Both the position numbers and the translations under genes were made by a program. Source: Epithemia pelagica (Eukaryota; Protista; Bacillariophyta). Taken from it: a DNA stretch of 64,000 bases. The stretch lies in the NCBI GenBank assembly GCA_946965045.2, contig OX337228.1, positions 3,968,001-4,032,000 of the forward strand. Direction: 5' to 3'. Below, piece after piece: positions 33,835-45,700 of the stretch. Each line of letters opens with the position of its first letter. Position 1 is the stretch's first letter. The notes under the pieces are model-generated. The model made no database searches and was not told where the DNA came from. It worked only from the letters and a program-made list of their open reading frames with translations.

Positions 33835-34678
33835 GGTTCCTTGTTCAATGAAAATGTATCGATTCCAGAAGATAGCGCCACTCGTTTCTCAACTACTACT
33901 CATTTCGTCCTGGTACTTCTTGGTTGTTCGTTGTTCCCTTTCCACTTCCACCTATGGACATATCTCTTACAATTCACAAGATATCGTCATGATGGTTTTC
34001 TGTCTTTTCGATGTTCGACGTAGGAGTATTGTTTATCGCCTTCCAAAAGAATAGGCTATGGTCTATGGTCTTGTTCTCTTTTGTCCTGTTCTTCAAGGGG
34101 TAGCAGAATTGAGCTGTAAAAGTCTTCTGAATCCCGGTTCACAAACTGTGTAGTCTCAATCTTACACTACTAAACAGAATATGCGACATGAAGGAGACAC
34201 AAGATAAGAGCCATCTCTGTGACGTCATAAATCGGAACCGCAAGACTTTTTTCAATGTTGGTAGTCTACCGTACGGAGGTGGTACTCTCTAGCTAAGTGG
34301 GAGGATTACGAAAATCGACTTTTCGTTGTACGATTTCGGGATCCGTCAGTGTAAGACTCCTAATGGCGAAAAACGATCCCCTACATCGTTCCTACTAAGC
34401 TCAGTCGAACACGAGAGCGACCTCAGTCGCAATTTAGACGACAAGACAAGAGCTAGCAAGACAAGGCGGAGCTATGCACTCTCTAGAGCATAACAGATTG
34501 CCGACCAAAGCGTTGGCTTTTCACGTGTCTTATGAAATCGAAGATGAACGTGCTGGAAGCTGATTGGATCGTTGTTCCCAACAGATTGTTTTTCAGAAGA
34601 AAAAGTAGCAAACAGTGGCTCGGGAGCAACAAACAGAGTCCAACCCTTCATACTCGTATTCGTACGTCTCTAGCCGTG

Positions 34679-35410
34679 CTACCATTTTCGTTTCCGTCTC
34701 AAAATGCCATTAATCTCCCGACCCCGTTGTGCTCCAGCCTCGAGTTGCAACACTACAGAACCATCACCTCCGCCTTCGACTGTCTGAGTCACCATGCGAG
34801 CCAGCGTCCACATGCCACCGTCGCGGTCGAGGCCTCCCGATTCGCCTCCAATTTTGGCCGTCATTTCGGCGACTTCTTTCATGGTCTGAATATCCATGTA
34901 CGGCATATCCAAACCACCCGATTCATTTTTGAACCAACTATTCAACTCGTCTTCCTCCCATTTTTTGTCGGATTCAGACCTTCGCACCGCAATGCCCTGA
35001 GGGCCTTCTACCAAGGCTTCGAAGGCTTCTCGTATTTTCATAAATGTTTCTCGATTCGATTCTTCTTCCTCTTTGGTTTTCGCGGTGGCTGTGTCGGGAT
35101 GATGTTTCATGGCCAATTTCAGAAAGCTTTTCTTTACTGCGGAATACTGATCCTTTTCGGAAACACCGAGGACGACAAAGGGATCATTTTGTGATTTCCT
35201 CTTGAGCCTGGATGCTTTTTCTTTATGGAACGAGCTCCGTGATGAAAATGGTCTTTGTCTGCTTCTAGCTGTACCTATTTCCATGGGCCACATCACCACC
35301 GCGGACGCTTCGGGCTTCCACCCTGTCACCATGGCGTAGCCCAACATCTTGTTGGTGGGTAGACGGCTTGCACATTTCTGGCCAACGGATACGACACGAC
35401 TTTGTAGCAT
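34679..35410 (-). CDS. DnaJ-domain protein, probably organellar
   Basis: DPFVVLGVS...VKKSFLKLAMKHHPD...FMKIREAFEAL J-domain with HPD. First ATG at 35410. Confidence 0.88.
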   Translation of the reverse strand: MLQSRVVSVGQKCASRLPTNKMLGYAMVTGWKPEASAVVMWPMEIGTARSRQRPFSSRSSFHKEKASRLKRKSQNDPFVVLGVSEKDQYSAVKKSFLKLAMKHHPDTATAKTKEEEESNRETFMKIREAFEALVEGPQGIAVRRSESDKKWEEDELNSWFKNESGGLDMPYMDIQTMKEVAEMTAKIGGESGGLDRDGGMWTLARMVTQTVEGGGDGSVVLQLEAGAQRGREINGILRRKRKW

Positions 35411-35670
35411 GGTTGCCAGAGACTCCTCCAAGAATCAAGAGCAGCAACACCTCAACATGAACAACAGAAAATAGGGAGACACTCTTTCGATGAGGACAAA
35501 GAACACAACAAGGTTTGGTGCGTGGAAAGTGGACATGGGATGCTGTCAAATTCCGAAAAGCGGGCATGCCAATGACGTCAACCTCAGTTAAGTCGCTGTT
35601 TAGTAGCTCTACAGTCATTTGTGACAAGATCCTTCTTGGACATCACAGATCAGGACCACAGGAGAGGATC

Positions 35671-37134
35671 ATGATGGTTCCATGGTGTTTGATTGCGTTG
35701 GTATTCTCGAGATACTCCGTCAAAGGATACAGTCAAGACCATGGACCGTCCAGTCCCAAGACGAGGAGTAGCTCAGTGGGAGAAATGGTGCAACGGGCCG
35801 AGACGGTAAACGATCTTTTGGAGGCAGCGACCCATCTGTGGTTACCCACGGACGACACGTTAGCACCTCATTTGTTGGCACAACAAATTCACCATGAAAA
35901 ACGATTGCGATGGAGTTCCCATCTCCTGACGAAACTTTCGATGCATCGAGCACCCGAACAAAAACAAGATGACGGGGTGACGTGGTCCAAACTCGAACGG
36001 TTGGTACAAGCAGCCGCCATGCCGTTTCAGGCACGAGCGTCGACGGATCGAGTGGACAAGGAAGGACGATACTTAAAAGAAGCTGTATGCGGGATGCATT
36101 CCTTGTTTGGGTCTGGTCTTGTTACAGGATCTGTCTCCAACAATGTATTGGATGCGATACAAACCATGTTTGATCGTATCGACAGGATGGGCCACCTGGT
36201 TCCTTTGCCCGATGCGATTGAAATGAAATGGTCCTGTGAAAGCATCGTGAAGCGATTGAATTTGAAGGCCAATGACGAATCCTCCTGGAAGGGAACTGTT
36301 CCGTCCAGTCTGGAGGTCCGAACGGCATGGACTCCCTTTGATATTCTGCCGGCTGTTGTGGACTGGGAGGAGATGTTGCCCGATGCCATTGATCGTTTGA
36401 CACAGGATATTCCCTTTCGGTATGACGCCATTGTAACGCGGACGGGGGCATCGGTCACTGAGCGCCGTGGTACTGCTTGGATTGCCGAGTCAGGAATTGG
36501 AGCACTGGCTTACAGTGGCAAACTCATGGCCCCTTCTCCCATTCCACCGATAGTCCAACAAGTCATGAGGCATGTGGAAACCCATGTCATGCTCAAACAG
36601 GGTGGTGTGGAAGATACATATCCACGTCCCTTTTTCGACTGTGCTCTTTGCAACCTCTACCCGGACGTGGAAAGTGCCTGCAAGTTCCATACCGATCCTG
36701 AACATGGAAGTCACTGGGATCGGCTCACCTGTGTAGTGGCTACGGGAGAGCCCCGACGATTTGCATTTCGACCCATTCCTCATGTTTCAAAATGGTCCGA
36801 ATGGGACCCGTCTCGCACGACCACAACTACAACACCACCCGAAAACAATGAAAATATCCCTGCCAGCATTACATTGTTTCCGGGAGATGTTGTCAAAATG
36901 TACGGGAGATGCAATGACGACTTTCACCATGCGGTCTATGCCGACGAATCGAAACCTGCCTTCAATGGGAGACCACGAGCGCGGATTAGCCTGGTTCTCA
37001 AGCGAGCCATTGCAAGATCTGGAGGACAAAAGGGCCACGGCATTGCCGGAGAAGGCCGTCGATCAAGGCGACGACGAGCAACCAACAGTGACACTAAGAA
37101 AACACGTGAACGTACAACCAGACGAAGAAGATGA
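35671..37134 (+). CDS. AlkB-like 2OG-Fe(II) dioxygenase with long N-terminal extension and signal-like peptide
   Basis: FDCALCNLYPD...KFHTD (HxD), FHHAV and RARISLVLKR (RxxxxxR-like) in the C-terminal half. ATG at 35671. Confidence 0.8.
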   Translation: MMVPWCLIALVFSRYSVKGYSQDHGPSSPKTRSSSVGEMVQRAETVNDLLEAATHLWLPTDDTLAPHLLAQQIHHEKRLRWSSHLLTKLSMHRAPEQKQDDGVTWSKLERLVQAAAMPFQARASTDRVDKEGRYLKEAVCGMHSLFGSGLVTGSVSNNVLDAIQTMFDRIDRMGHLVPLPDAIEMKWSCESIVKRLNLKANDESSWKGTVPSSLEVRTAWTPFDILPAVVDWEEMLPDAIDRLTQDIPFRYDAIVTRTGASVTERRGTAWIAESGIGALAYSGKLMAPSPIPPIVQQVMRHVETHVMLKQGGVEDTYPRPFFDCALCNLYPDVESACKFHTDPEHGSHWDRLTCVVATGEPRRFAFRPIPHVSKWSEWDPSRTTTTTTPPENNENIPASITLFPGDVVKMYGRCNDDFHHAVYADESKPAFNGRPRARISLVLKRAIARSGGQKGHGIAGEGRRSRRRRATNSDTKKTRERTTRRRR

Positions 37135-37177
37135 CGAAGCGAGAAGAGGAGATATCGAAAAGAGATTACTATGAAGA

Positions 37178-38069
37178 TCAATCTTTGGCCTTTTCATCAC
37201 GAAAGATGATGGAAAAGCGATCCTCCCGTGCTACGACTGAATTTGTTGGTCGAAAGACGGCTTGGTCCTCCAGAAGTTCATGCGTGTATAGATATCGGCT
37301 GGCACCGCATAACGCATACAAGGACCGAGGCGGAAGAAGTAAATCCACGTGGCCCTCCTCCTGTTTGGAATCTTGGTTGCGACTGGATGTGTCTGGACTG
37401 TTACTGCCATCGCCCACTTCTTCTGGAGGGGCAGGTTGTAGACGCATAATGCTAGATGATTTTAAGGATAAACCTGCCACGATATCCCCTGAAAACCGAA
37501 TGGAATCGACATGTGCCTTCAACTCTCCTGAAGCCTGCAATTGAATGGCATGACATGGAAGCCATTTCACTTGTGGTCGCGATGTTGCTTCGTCAGAAAA
37601 GTGGGTAGTGGCCAATCGTTCTCGAAGACGAACTAAGACGTCTTTGGTTAGTTGGGACAGTGAGTCATCTTCGTTCAGCTCGATTTCTTTGTACTGAACA
37701 ATCACGGCATCCCAGTGCCCACGTTCATATCGACGTCTACGTAAATCGTGATATATACATCCAACACGAGTGAGAAAATTGAAGAAGCGACTTGATTCTG
37801 TTACATTGATACTTGAAGATGAACACCCACCGTCTCATTTTGGACTCTAAATCTTTGAGAATTAGTTCTTCTTCCTCTGTGGTGACAACGTTTGGATACA
37901 CATGGGCAGATTGGGCGAAATTCGAGGGAGCATTGTCAATATCCATAAGGGATGGATCCGATACCAGCCGCGAGATCTTTCTCAACGAAGAAAAGGAAGT
38001 AACTCTTAGTCTCCTGTATCGTGTTAGAGAAAAGAGATGGGGCTGAATACATTGTGAAATAATCTTCAT
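37178..38069 (-). CDS. ALKBH7: AlkB homolog 7-like dioxygenase, mitochondrial
   Basis: Exons 38069-37831 and 37736-37178; intron 37830-37737 (GTGGGT...TAG). YERGHWDAVI, AHVDSIRFSGDIVAGLSL, SLYALCGASRYLYTHE and RFSIIFRD match ALKBH7 motifs. Confidence 0.85.
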
Positions 38070-38499
38070 GGAGAGTTTGAGTGTTTCATTGGTGATGGCC
38101 AAAAGATACCGCGAAAGATACACTATCTACTCCTCTATCTTGTATACAGAATACAGACTTGTCTACCCTCTTAGCTTTTGGTCTTCAAGCGAAGTATTAA
38201 TCGACCATGATATTTGATCATTCCTTTTCGAATAACTCCTATCAACAATCAATCAAGAGTAACTAGTATTTGTCCACAGCAGCGATTTGTTGGTGGAATC
38301 ATAACAACTGAAATGGCTACTAAGATCTTATTACACTTGGAAGCTTGCTCTTCTCGTAAACCATGCACAGGCTATGAAATGTGCAGTATCCATCGTTGCA
38401 GTCCAACAAATTCCAACGCTAACTTATGGACATAATGAGGCTGCGGGATGATATGTTCGTCCTGAAGCTGGGAAGTAGAAGCAGGAAATTTTGTTTTCT

Positions 38500-39306
38500 C
38501 TACTTAGCTGCTTCTGCGGCTGCCTGTTTTTCGAGCTCTTCTAGATGGACGTATGTGTAACCATGGGGTAAAAGCTCCACAATATGATCCCATGCAATTT
38601 CATGAATATGTTCGGCTTTTTCTTGAATTGATTCTTTCTCATTAGCATCCAAGTCGGCCACAAACTTGGCCGGATTTCCGGCCCATTTTTGTCCCGCCGG
38701 AATGTGTTGATAGGGCAAAACCACAGTGCCTGGCTCGAGAATCACGTGGTCATCGATCATGCTCCCTTCCAATATTGTGCACTTGTCACCAACAATCACC
38801 AAGTCGTCAATTCGACACGATTTCAATACACAACCCGAGCCGATAGTCACGTAATGACCCACATGAGTATCTGGGGGATATCCAGTTTCCAATTCCGACG
38901 ACGACGAAAGCGTCTTTAGAACTGAGCCTTCGCCGATACTGCTCGTATAACCAACTATGATACTGTGACCGCTGTCCGCACGTAAAACTGACTTGTACCA
39001 AACAGACGATTTGTCCCAGCACGTAACATCACCAATCATGACAGCCGATGGAGCCACAAAGGTATCATTTGTTTGAAAAGGCTTGGCACCATTAAAATTT
39101 ACCTTCGGCCTGTGGCGAGAGAAGATCTATACAGGAGCAGCACCAGGAAAACGCAACAAGAGCAAGCGATGGGATACGCATGAGGGACCCTCCGTAACCA
39201 CACAAACGAAGGGGCAACACAATGATGAACTTACCTCCACCCCGGCTCCACGCTTAAGCATGTTACCGGTGTCACGAAGCCCTCTTCCGAATGCCGCAGA
39301 GTTCAT
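38500..39306 (-). CDS. Gamma carbonic anhydrase-like protein (mitochondrial complex I CA/CAL subunit)
   Basis: Exons 39306-39235 and 39126-38500; intron 39234-39127 (GTAAGT...TAG). FGRGLRDTG, FSRHR, FVAPSAVMIGDV, hexapeptide repeats and WAGNPAKF. Confidence 0.85.
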
Positions 39307-39695
39307 CTTTATCGTTAATCTATACAAGAGGACAAGGATCAAAAGGAGAAGACAACGATAACAACTCTCTTCGGCGCATCAAACCAAATCTCATCACAGC
39401 AACGCACCCGCCATTGATGTGGTGGGGCCGCATGGTCCCGGTGGGGTATCAGTCATGCGGGAATGAATGGAGAGATGCGAAATGCGCGAAATGCGCGGTT
39501 GGAGGATGCGAAACGCGCGGTCTCACGAGGTTTGCGGAAAGTTGCAAGTTCCAACTCTTGCAGCTTCCGATTTGCGGAACAAGGAACATCACAACAACAA
39601 GGCATCGACTGCCGAGGTTCGACTACAAGTGAAGAGCTCATAATTCTCCATATCTCAAATAAGATAACGATTTGAAAAGATCAAGGGTCGAAAGC

Positions 39696-40688
39696 ATGGT
39701 GTCTTCCGCAAAATTCAACAATGGAAGCCTTTTCTACCCACTGGACGCCGTCTGTGGCAACAAATCTTTCTTCTGGGTTGGCCGAGGAGGGTTTGGTGTC
39801 ACCCATCCTGGCAATGAGAATGTTCGGTGGATTATTGCAAGCAAGATTGACGAATACCAGAAACTCAAGCGCTCGCAACGTGGAGTGGTTGTTCGCAGTC
39901 TCTTGGACAATGAGCTACGACATATCAAGTTTGTAACACCACGTCAGGCAGTGCTGAAGAAGCTCGAAGCTGACGATAACCGACGCCAAAATGATAGCAG
40001 CACCGAAGACTGTTGTGACGAGAATAGTGACACTAACAGCAAGAACCGTCGTGTTGGAGGGTCACGACGAAAGTCCTTGCTTGACAAGCATGGTAGCATT
40101 GATAGAATCCTTTCGTACCCAAAGGACGTATGTGTTGAAGTTGGATACGAATGGACAGTTGACATTATCAGCCACCTCCTTCGAGATGATGGTATCTGCA
40201 AACGGAACAAGCAACAAAACGATGCCAAGAGTCAGCAGTGTGGCAAGAAACAGAAAAGACAACGAGCCACAAAAACGACGAAGACTGCGCCCATCAAGAG
40301 GAAACGGGAACGCCAGAATACAAATTCAAGAGTATGCGATACGACAGTACGAGTCTCTTGTGATATGAATAGCGAAGTGCAAGGAGATTGCGAACTCTTT
40401 GAACAAATTTTTCCAGAAGAATCTGGAGCCGACATTTCTAAGAGCACGGAGCTGACACCAAAGAAAGTGGACAATTTTGTTTCCCACCTGCTCCTCCAAG
40501 AAGAGAAAGAGAATTTCGACATGATACACCAAAACGATTTCATTGACTGCATTGAGCGCTCCTCCAAACGACAGAGACTGTGCACCCCTTCTTGCTTTCA
40601 TGAAGAACATTCTTCTGAGGCTGATGTGGACGACATGCTGAATTTTTTCAACGAAGTTCTCGATTATTCCGAAGCTATACCACTGTAG
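39696..40688 (+). CDS. DUF6824-like diatom hypothetical protein
   Basis: VGRGGFGVTHPGNENVRWIIASKIDEYQKLKR resembles the GRG...HPGN motif of DUF6824 proteins. ATG at 39696. Confidence 0.6.
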   Translation: MVSSAKFNNGSLFYPLDAVCGNKSFFWVGRGGFGVTHPGNENVRWIIASKIDEYQKLKRSQRGVVVRSLLDNELRHIKFVTPRQAVLKKLEADDNRRQNDSSTEDCCDENSDTNSKNRRVGGSRRKSLLDKHGSIDRILSYPKDVCVEVGYEWTVDIISHLLRDDGICKRNKQQNDAKSQQCGKKQKRQRATKTTKTAPIKRKRERQNTNSRVCDTTVRVSCDMNSEVQGDCELFEQIFPEESGADISKSTELTPKKVDNFVSHLLLQEEKENFDMIHQNDFIDCIERSSKRQRLCTPSCFHEEHSSEADVDDMLNFFNEVLDYSEAIPL

Positions 40689-40852
40689 TCCCATCCCATG
40701 CCTACATTTTTGTTTTAAAGCTCCCGTTACTCATTAGTTCTATATCATTTGATCTTGTTATAGACTACACAGCAGTTGTGCTCGCCCAAGCGAGTCAGTT
40801 ATTGCAACGGTGTCTTACTATGGATCATTTCTGTTGTCAACCACGTAAGCTC

Positions 40853-42724
40853 TCATCCCTGAGAAAGGAGACGTGTGGCTTGTTCAATGTCTTTCTCCAT
40901 TTGTCGACTCGATAGATCCAGGTCTGCAAGAAGGTCCTGGTGCTGATTCAAAATCTTGAACACTGATCTCATGTCTTCGTCTTTTGGAAGTGAGCGTTCT
41001 TGAGCCGCATTGAGCTCCGTCATGGTTGCCTGCAACGAATCTTGAAGACTTTGAAGTTTCAAATCAACCGCCTTGGCCGTTGAGTAGGCTTGCTCTCGCT
41101 GTCGATCAGCTTCCACGGGTGGAAGATGTTTTGTAGCCGCGAACAACTCGTCCAGATGGCTTTCTAAGCCATTGACGGTTCGATCAAGTTCATCCTGTAG
41201 AGTACCGATTCCGAGCAGGGTTTTTTCGACTTCTTGTTGTTGAAGCATTGCACGATGCGTTTGTTCCGTCAAACTAGCTATATCACGTTGAGAATCACGT
41301 AGGATCGCATCATATTCTGCGACACGACGTGCTTCTTCGTTGTACAGCAACGCATCCTTTTCGAGTTCTTTTTGAAACTTGTTCAAAATCTGCTCCACAG
41401 TCAGAGTCTGGTACTCCAATCGTGCCGGCTCTCTTTTAGGTTGATCCGCTTTCGTGAGAGGCGTCGCCACGGGTGCCGGAGTACCAGGTGTAGGAGGTGG
41501 AGCACCAGGCAGATCTCCGGTTGGTGGTTGACCAAACTGAAATCCACCAGCACTCGGAGCCGGCGTGGTTCCACCTGCAGATGTTGCGTCCTCTTTCGGC
41601 TTCTCGGCCCCTCCTCCAAAGGAAAATCCGGATGATGGTGGAGCGCTGTCCTTTGTGGCTGCGCTTGGTGCATTAGAAGTGGGTGCCGTTGCAGCTCCCC
41701 CAAAAGAAAATGACGGAGGTTTCGGTGCGGTTGCGTTGTCATCCGGTTTCGACGATGATGAAGAGCTCAACGCCCCACCGAAAGAAAAGCCAGCTGCTGC
41801 GGGTGCTTCCGTGCCCGATGGTGCGTCCTTTGTAGTCGAGGAAGCAGTGTTTCCAAACGAAAATCCACCACCCAGTGATGCGGATGGTGCCGCTTCCGTC
41901 TTGTCTCCCCCAGTGGACGATGCCGGTGCGGAGGCTCCAAAGGACGGTGCAGGGGGAGCCTTGGTATCCCCACCGCCAAACGAAAATCCGCCAACTGCAG
42001 CAGGTGGAGGTGCAGAGGTTGCTGCCCCCGAAGTTTCTCCAAACTTGATCGACGAAGATGTCTTGGGTGCGGAGGTTGTGGATTCCCCAGTTGCAGCTCC
42101 ACTCCCAAAGGAAAATCCCCCGCTTGTAGGAGGATTACCGGCTGCATTTTCCACAGTTTCCGAAGTAGTGGCCGAAGAAGAAAACGAAAATGGTGCCCCA
42201 GCAGGTTTCGATGATTCATTGTTGGCATTTTGGGATGCAGCAGGAAGTGCTGTCGTAGACCCCCCTCCAAAAGAAAAACTTGGAGTTTCAGTGGGAGCAG
42301 CACTGGCGCTGGTGGATCCAAACGAGAAACCACCAGGTGTTCCACCACTCACGGGTGCAGACGTTGTCGCGTTCCCGGAAGGAGCTCCAGCACCACCAGC
42401 GGAACCAAAGCTTGGAGTAGACGAAGAAGAAGGGTACTTTGGTGCACTGCTGCTGGTACTGGATGAAAAACTGAAGGATCCAGCGGCGGGCGTAGCGGCC
42501 GCAGGAGGGCCTCCTCCACTGCTACCAAAGCTGAAGCCTCCACCACCACCGGAAGCAGGTTTCTGAGGATCCGTCGTTGTGGCGCCACCAAAGCTGAATG
42601 TCGATGCATTGGCAGTCGAAGACGAAGGCGCTCCTGTACTCGACCCGAATGAAAAGCCTCCATTGGAGGAATTCGTGGCAGATGCGCCTGCGTTGTTTGC
42701 ACCCGTTCCAAACTGAAACGACAT
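40853..42724 (-). CDS. NUP62: FG-nucleoporin Nup62/Nsp1
   Basis: About 430 aa of FSFG repeats followed by an Nsp1_C coiled coil (LTVEQILNKFQKELEKDALLYNEEARRVAEYDAILRD). Confidence 0.92.
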   Translation of the reverse strand: MSFQFGTGANNAGASATNSSNGGFSFGSSTGAPSSSTANASTFSFGGATTTDPQKPASGGGGGFSFGSSGGGPPAAATPAAGSFSFSSSTSSSAPKYPSSSSTPSFGSAGGAGAPSGNATTSAPVSGGTPGGFSFGSTSASAAPTETPSFSFGGGSTTALPAASQNANNESSKPAGAPFSFSSSATTSETVENAAGNPPTSGGFSFGSGAATGESTTSAPKTSSSIKFGETSGAATSAPPPAAVGGFSFGGGDTKAPPAPSFGASAPASSTGGDKTEAAPSASLGGGFSFGNTASSTTKDAPSGTEAPAAAGFSFGGALSSSSSSKPDDNATAPKPPSFSFGGAATAPTSNAPSAATKDSAPPSSGFSFGGGAEKPKEDATSAGGTTPAPSAGGFQFGQPPTGDLPGAPPPTPGTPAPVATPLTKADQPKREPARLEYQTLTVEQILNKFQKELEKDALLYNEEARRVAEYDAILRDSQRDIASLTEQTHRAMLQQQEVEKTLLGIGTLQDELDRTVNGLESHLDELFAATKHLPPVEADRQREQAYSTAKAVDLKLQSLQDSLQATMTELNAAQERSLPKDEDMRSVFKILNQHQDLLADLDLSSRQMEKDIEQATRLLSQG

Positions 42725-42786
42725 GGTCTCTCCAATTCGACTGAGTTTTTTCTTATTTTACAATCTATGTCCGATCTGGGGAACTC

Positions 42787-45700
42787 CTAAGCGGTCAGGC
42801 CGCAAAGGAGTGGGGCGTTATCAGTAGGGGTGACGTATTCCACCATTGGTGTTGGGGAATAGATTGGTGTCACTGGAGCAAATCCAGGTCGGGAAAGATT
42901 TTGTATCTGTGTCGTTCTCGTGGTGTTTTTGGAGTTGTGGTTGCGGATGGATGCCAAATGGTTGTTCGCGTGGGTGGCCAAACTCGATACGATGGCATGG
43001 CTGAGGGAGAGCTTGGCGAAATGGCCGATGGAGTAGACGTTGGCGGCTGGGTAGGAGAATTTGGTGACTTCCTTGTTGGCGGCGGACAGGAGTTGTGTTG
43101 GTGCATGGGGAAGATGTTGGTACAGAGCAAAGGCGGGTGAGTGAGAAAGGCTTCGTGTTGCATGTTTGCTGAAGTGGGGATCTGGCCAATCAGGAGGTTG
43201 GGCGGTGGTGAATATGTGTGGGTGGTGGTCGCGTGGGAACAACAGAGTGTCCGCGAACGATCCAAGCGATCCAAGGTGGTCAACCGTGAACGGCAGCAGG
43301 TAAACGCCGTTGTGGAGCAGGTGTTTGGCTGTCTCGGGGTCACGGCAATATTTGGCTCTAGCCGAATCTTGATGCGTCCTGGATGCAAGCGTTGCTATTT
43401 GTTGGTGGTCGGACGGGTCGAGAATGGGCGTTGGCTGTTGCGGTGGTGGGACAGTGATGTCAATCGCAAGGTATTTGAAGTCTTCATTGTTGTGTGGTTG
43501 ACTCAACAACAAACCGACATCGGCCGGGCGGATGTTGCGGTTGTGTAACGGCGCGAGACCGGGGGGCTCGACATGCACGTCGTGTGGAGAGTCGACGGCT
43601 TTGGCGGCGGGGGCAATTTGACGCAGGACGTCGTGGAGGGTGTCGCGGATTGCATTGGACAAGGCAGTTTTGGAGGCTTGGCTACAGCTGAAGAGGTGGT
43701 CGCCGTGCAGATCAAGTTTCTTCGAGCATTTGCAGGTGTGGTTGGAGTTACTGGGATGGTCAAGATGGAGTGGTAGCCGCAGTTTTCGTTTGAGTGCTGT
43801 CCGAAAAATGTTCTTCGGTAGCCGGAAGTCGGTTGCTGGGAGAGGCACAGAGAAAGCTATACTGGTTAAAGGTGACAAAACGGACGGGAGGAACACTCGC
43901 TGGTCGGGTTTGGTTGCACGCAAAATCTTGGGAATGATGTGTTCTTTGAGCACGTGATTCATTTGACAATTGTGTGTATGGCGGTCAAATCTGTCGATGG
44001 AGTACAGAGCTTCGTCGGCGTATTTGTTTGCGAATAACCACAGGGCTTTGCGAAACATGGTTAGTTCCGGACTTGGGTTTTCTTCCCAGTTGGCGTACAT
44101 CTGCTGATGGACAAATGGGATTGGCATTTCTGTGGACTGGGCCATTTTTATGGCGCGTGCCGTTTGTGTCACAAATCGTGGGTAGGCTGCGGCCGCGGCA
44201 TTCTGGTAACCTGTTCTGCCGAGTCGTTGCGGGAGGGAGGCAATCAGTGTGGAGGCGACCGAGACTGTTTCGGTGGGGGTTGCGGTGAGTCTTGCCAGGA
44301 ACGTAGCAATCAGCCGTTCCATTTTGATGGTTGTCTGGCTTGTCCAGAGGGTGGATCGTGGTCGTCCTGCTGGGTTGGCTAGTGTGATGTCCGTCGGTAG
44401 CAGGTGTAAGATGGAGGAGACCAGAGAGAACCGAAACAAGGTGTGTTTCGTTTGGAGGTCGTGCATCTGGTGGAGGTTTTCCAGTTTGTCTTGGAGTTTT
44501 GCAATTTTGGCGTTGATGTATTGTTGGGCAAAAGTTGCTGATCCGATGGGCTGTCCGAGGAATCGGACTCCTGTTGTTATTTCGGCTTTTGTGGGGGACG
44601 ATGGGGCGAGAAAGGCCAGGGCCTCGGTGAGTCCTTGTCGTTGACTCGGGGAGAGTGTTTCGATGGGTGATTCTCCTGTTGTGGAGGTGAGTATGTTTGT
44701 CTTGCTATGGTTTAGGACGATTCCTAGTGGCGTTCCTAACTCTTGGAATCTCTTTAGGAACCAGGGGAGGTCGGTCTGGGGTAGGCATATCGACGTGTCG
44801 TCCATGATGGACGCAGTGTGTGCCAGTCCGCCCATTCCGTCGTCGTAGAGCTCTCCTTGTTGTTTTCGTTTGGCCGCTCTTTGTGCTTGCTCTTTATTGA
44901 TTTTTGTTGTCAGCGCGAGAAGGACTAAGCAAGAGAACAGGGGGCTGAGTGGACAGCCTTGGGGGAACCCTTCCTCCTGCCAGAGGTGTTGTGGTTTTTT
45001 GTCTTCGTCGAAGTACCATGATTTGCATGGTTTTGATGTGAGGAGGTCGAAAATTGGGACCAGTGGTTTGGTAGAGTCGTCCTCGAGCAGGATACGTCGA
45101 GCTTCGGTGCGTGACACGTTGTTAAACATGTTCGTCAGATCTAACAAAAGTAAACTTCTGCTCGGTGGTTGGTTGCTGTTGGTGTTGTCAGTTCCTGTGC
45201 TGTTGTGTCTGTTGATGAATTTCCTGACGGCTGCGGCTGTGGTCTGGGCGACCACATCGACTCCACCGGGAATTTGGATCCCGTATTGTCCGCCCTGGAG
45301 AAGGATCGGGGATATGTCTTCGGTGACATGCACCAGTGCTGTTTTGGCGGCTACCCGTCGGATTGCTGTGCCTATGCCTATGGGCCGGAGTTTTTCAAGG
45401 TTGGACAGGTCCTTATGCAGTGCCAGGAAGTAGTTACTGGCCAGTAGGGTCTGGATCGGCGGTGGGACCTGGGCTGTGACTACCAGTTGCATGAGAGTTT
45501 TGATTTTGCCAAAGTATGGTCGGGTTGCGTTTTTTGTTTTGGTTGTTCGGTGCAGAGCCATGGAGACGATGGCGTCGATGCAATTGGCATAAGGGCCGGA
45601 AGCTGTTCCCGGTTTCATCTGTCGGAGTGACCGTTCGAAATCGGCGTCGTCCAGTTTGAGGTATTGGTTGTTTGGTGGCGGATCTCCCGTGTGTCCTTGG

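Noticed and set aside
41565-42566. 333-aa plus-strand ORF, and similar antisense ORFs at 46517-47350, 48540-49151 and 56944-57846
   Set aside because: They are antisense shadows of low-complexity coding regions (NUP62 FG repeats, the retroelement, the RGG tract) with no independent motifs.
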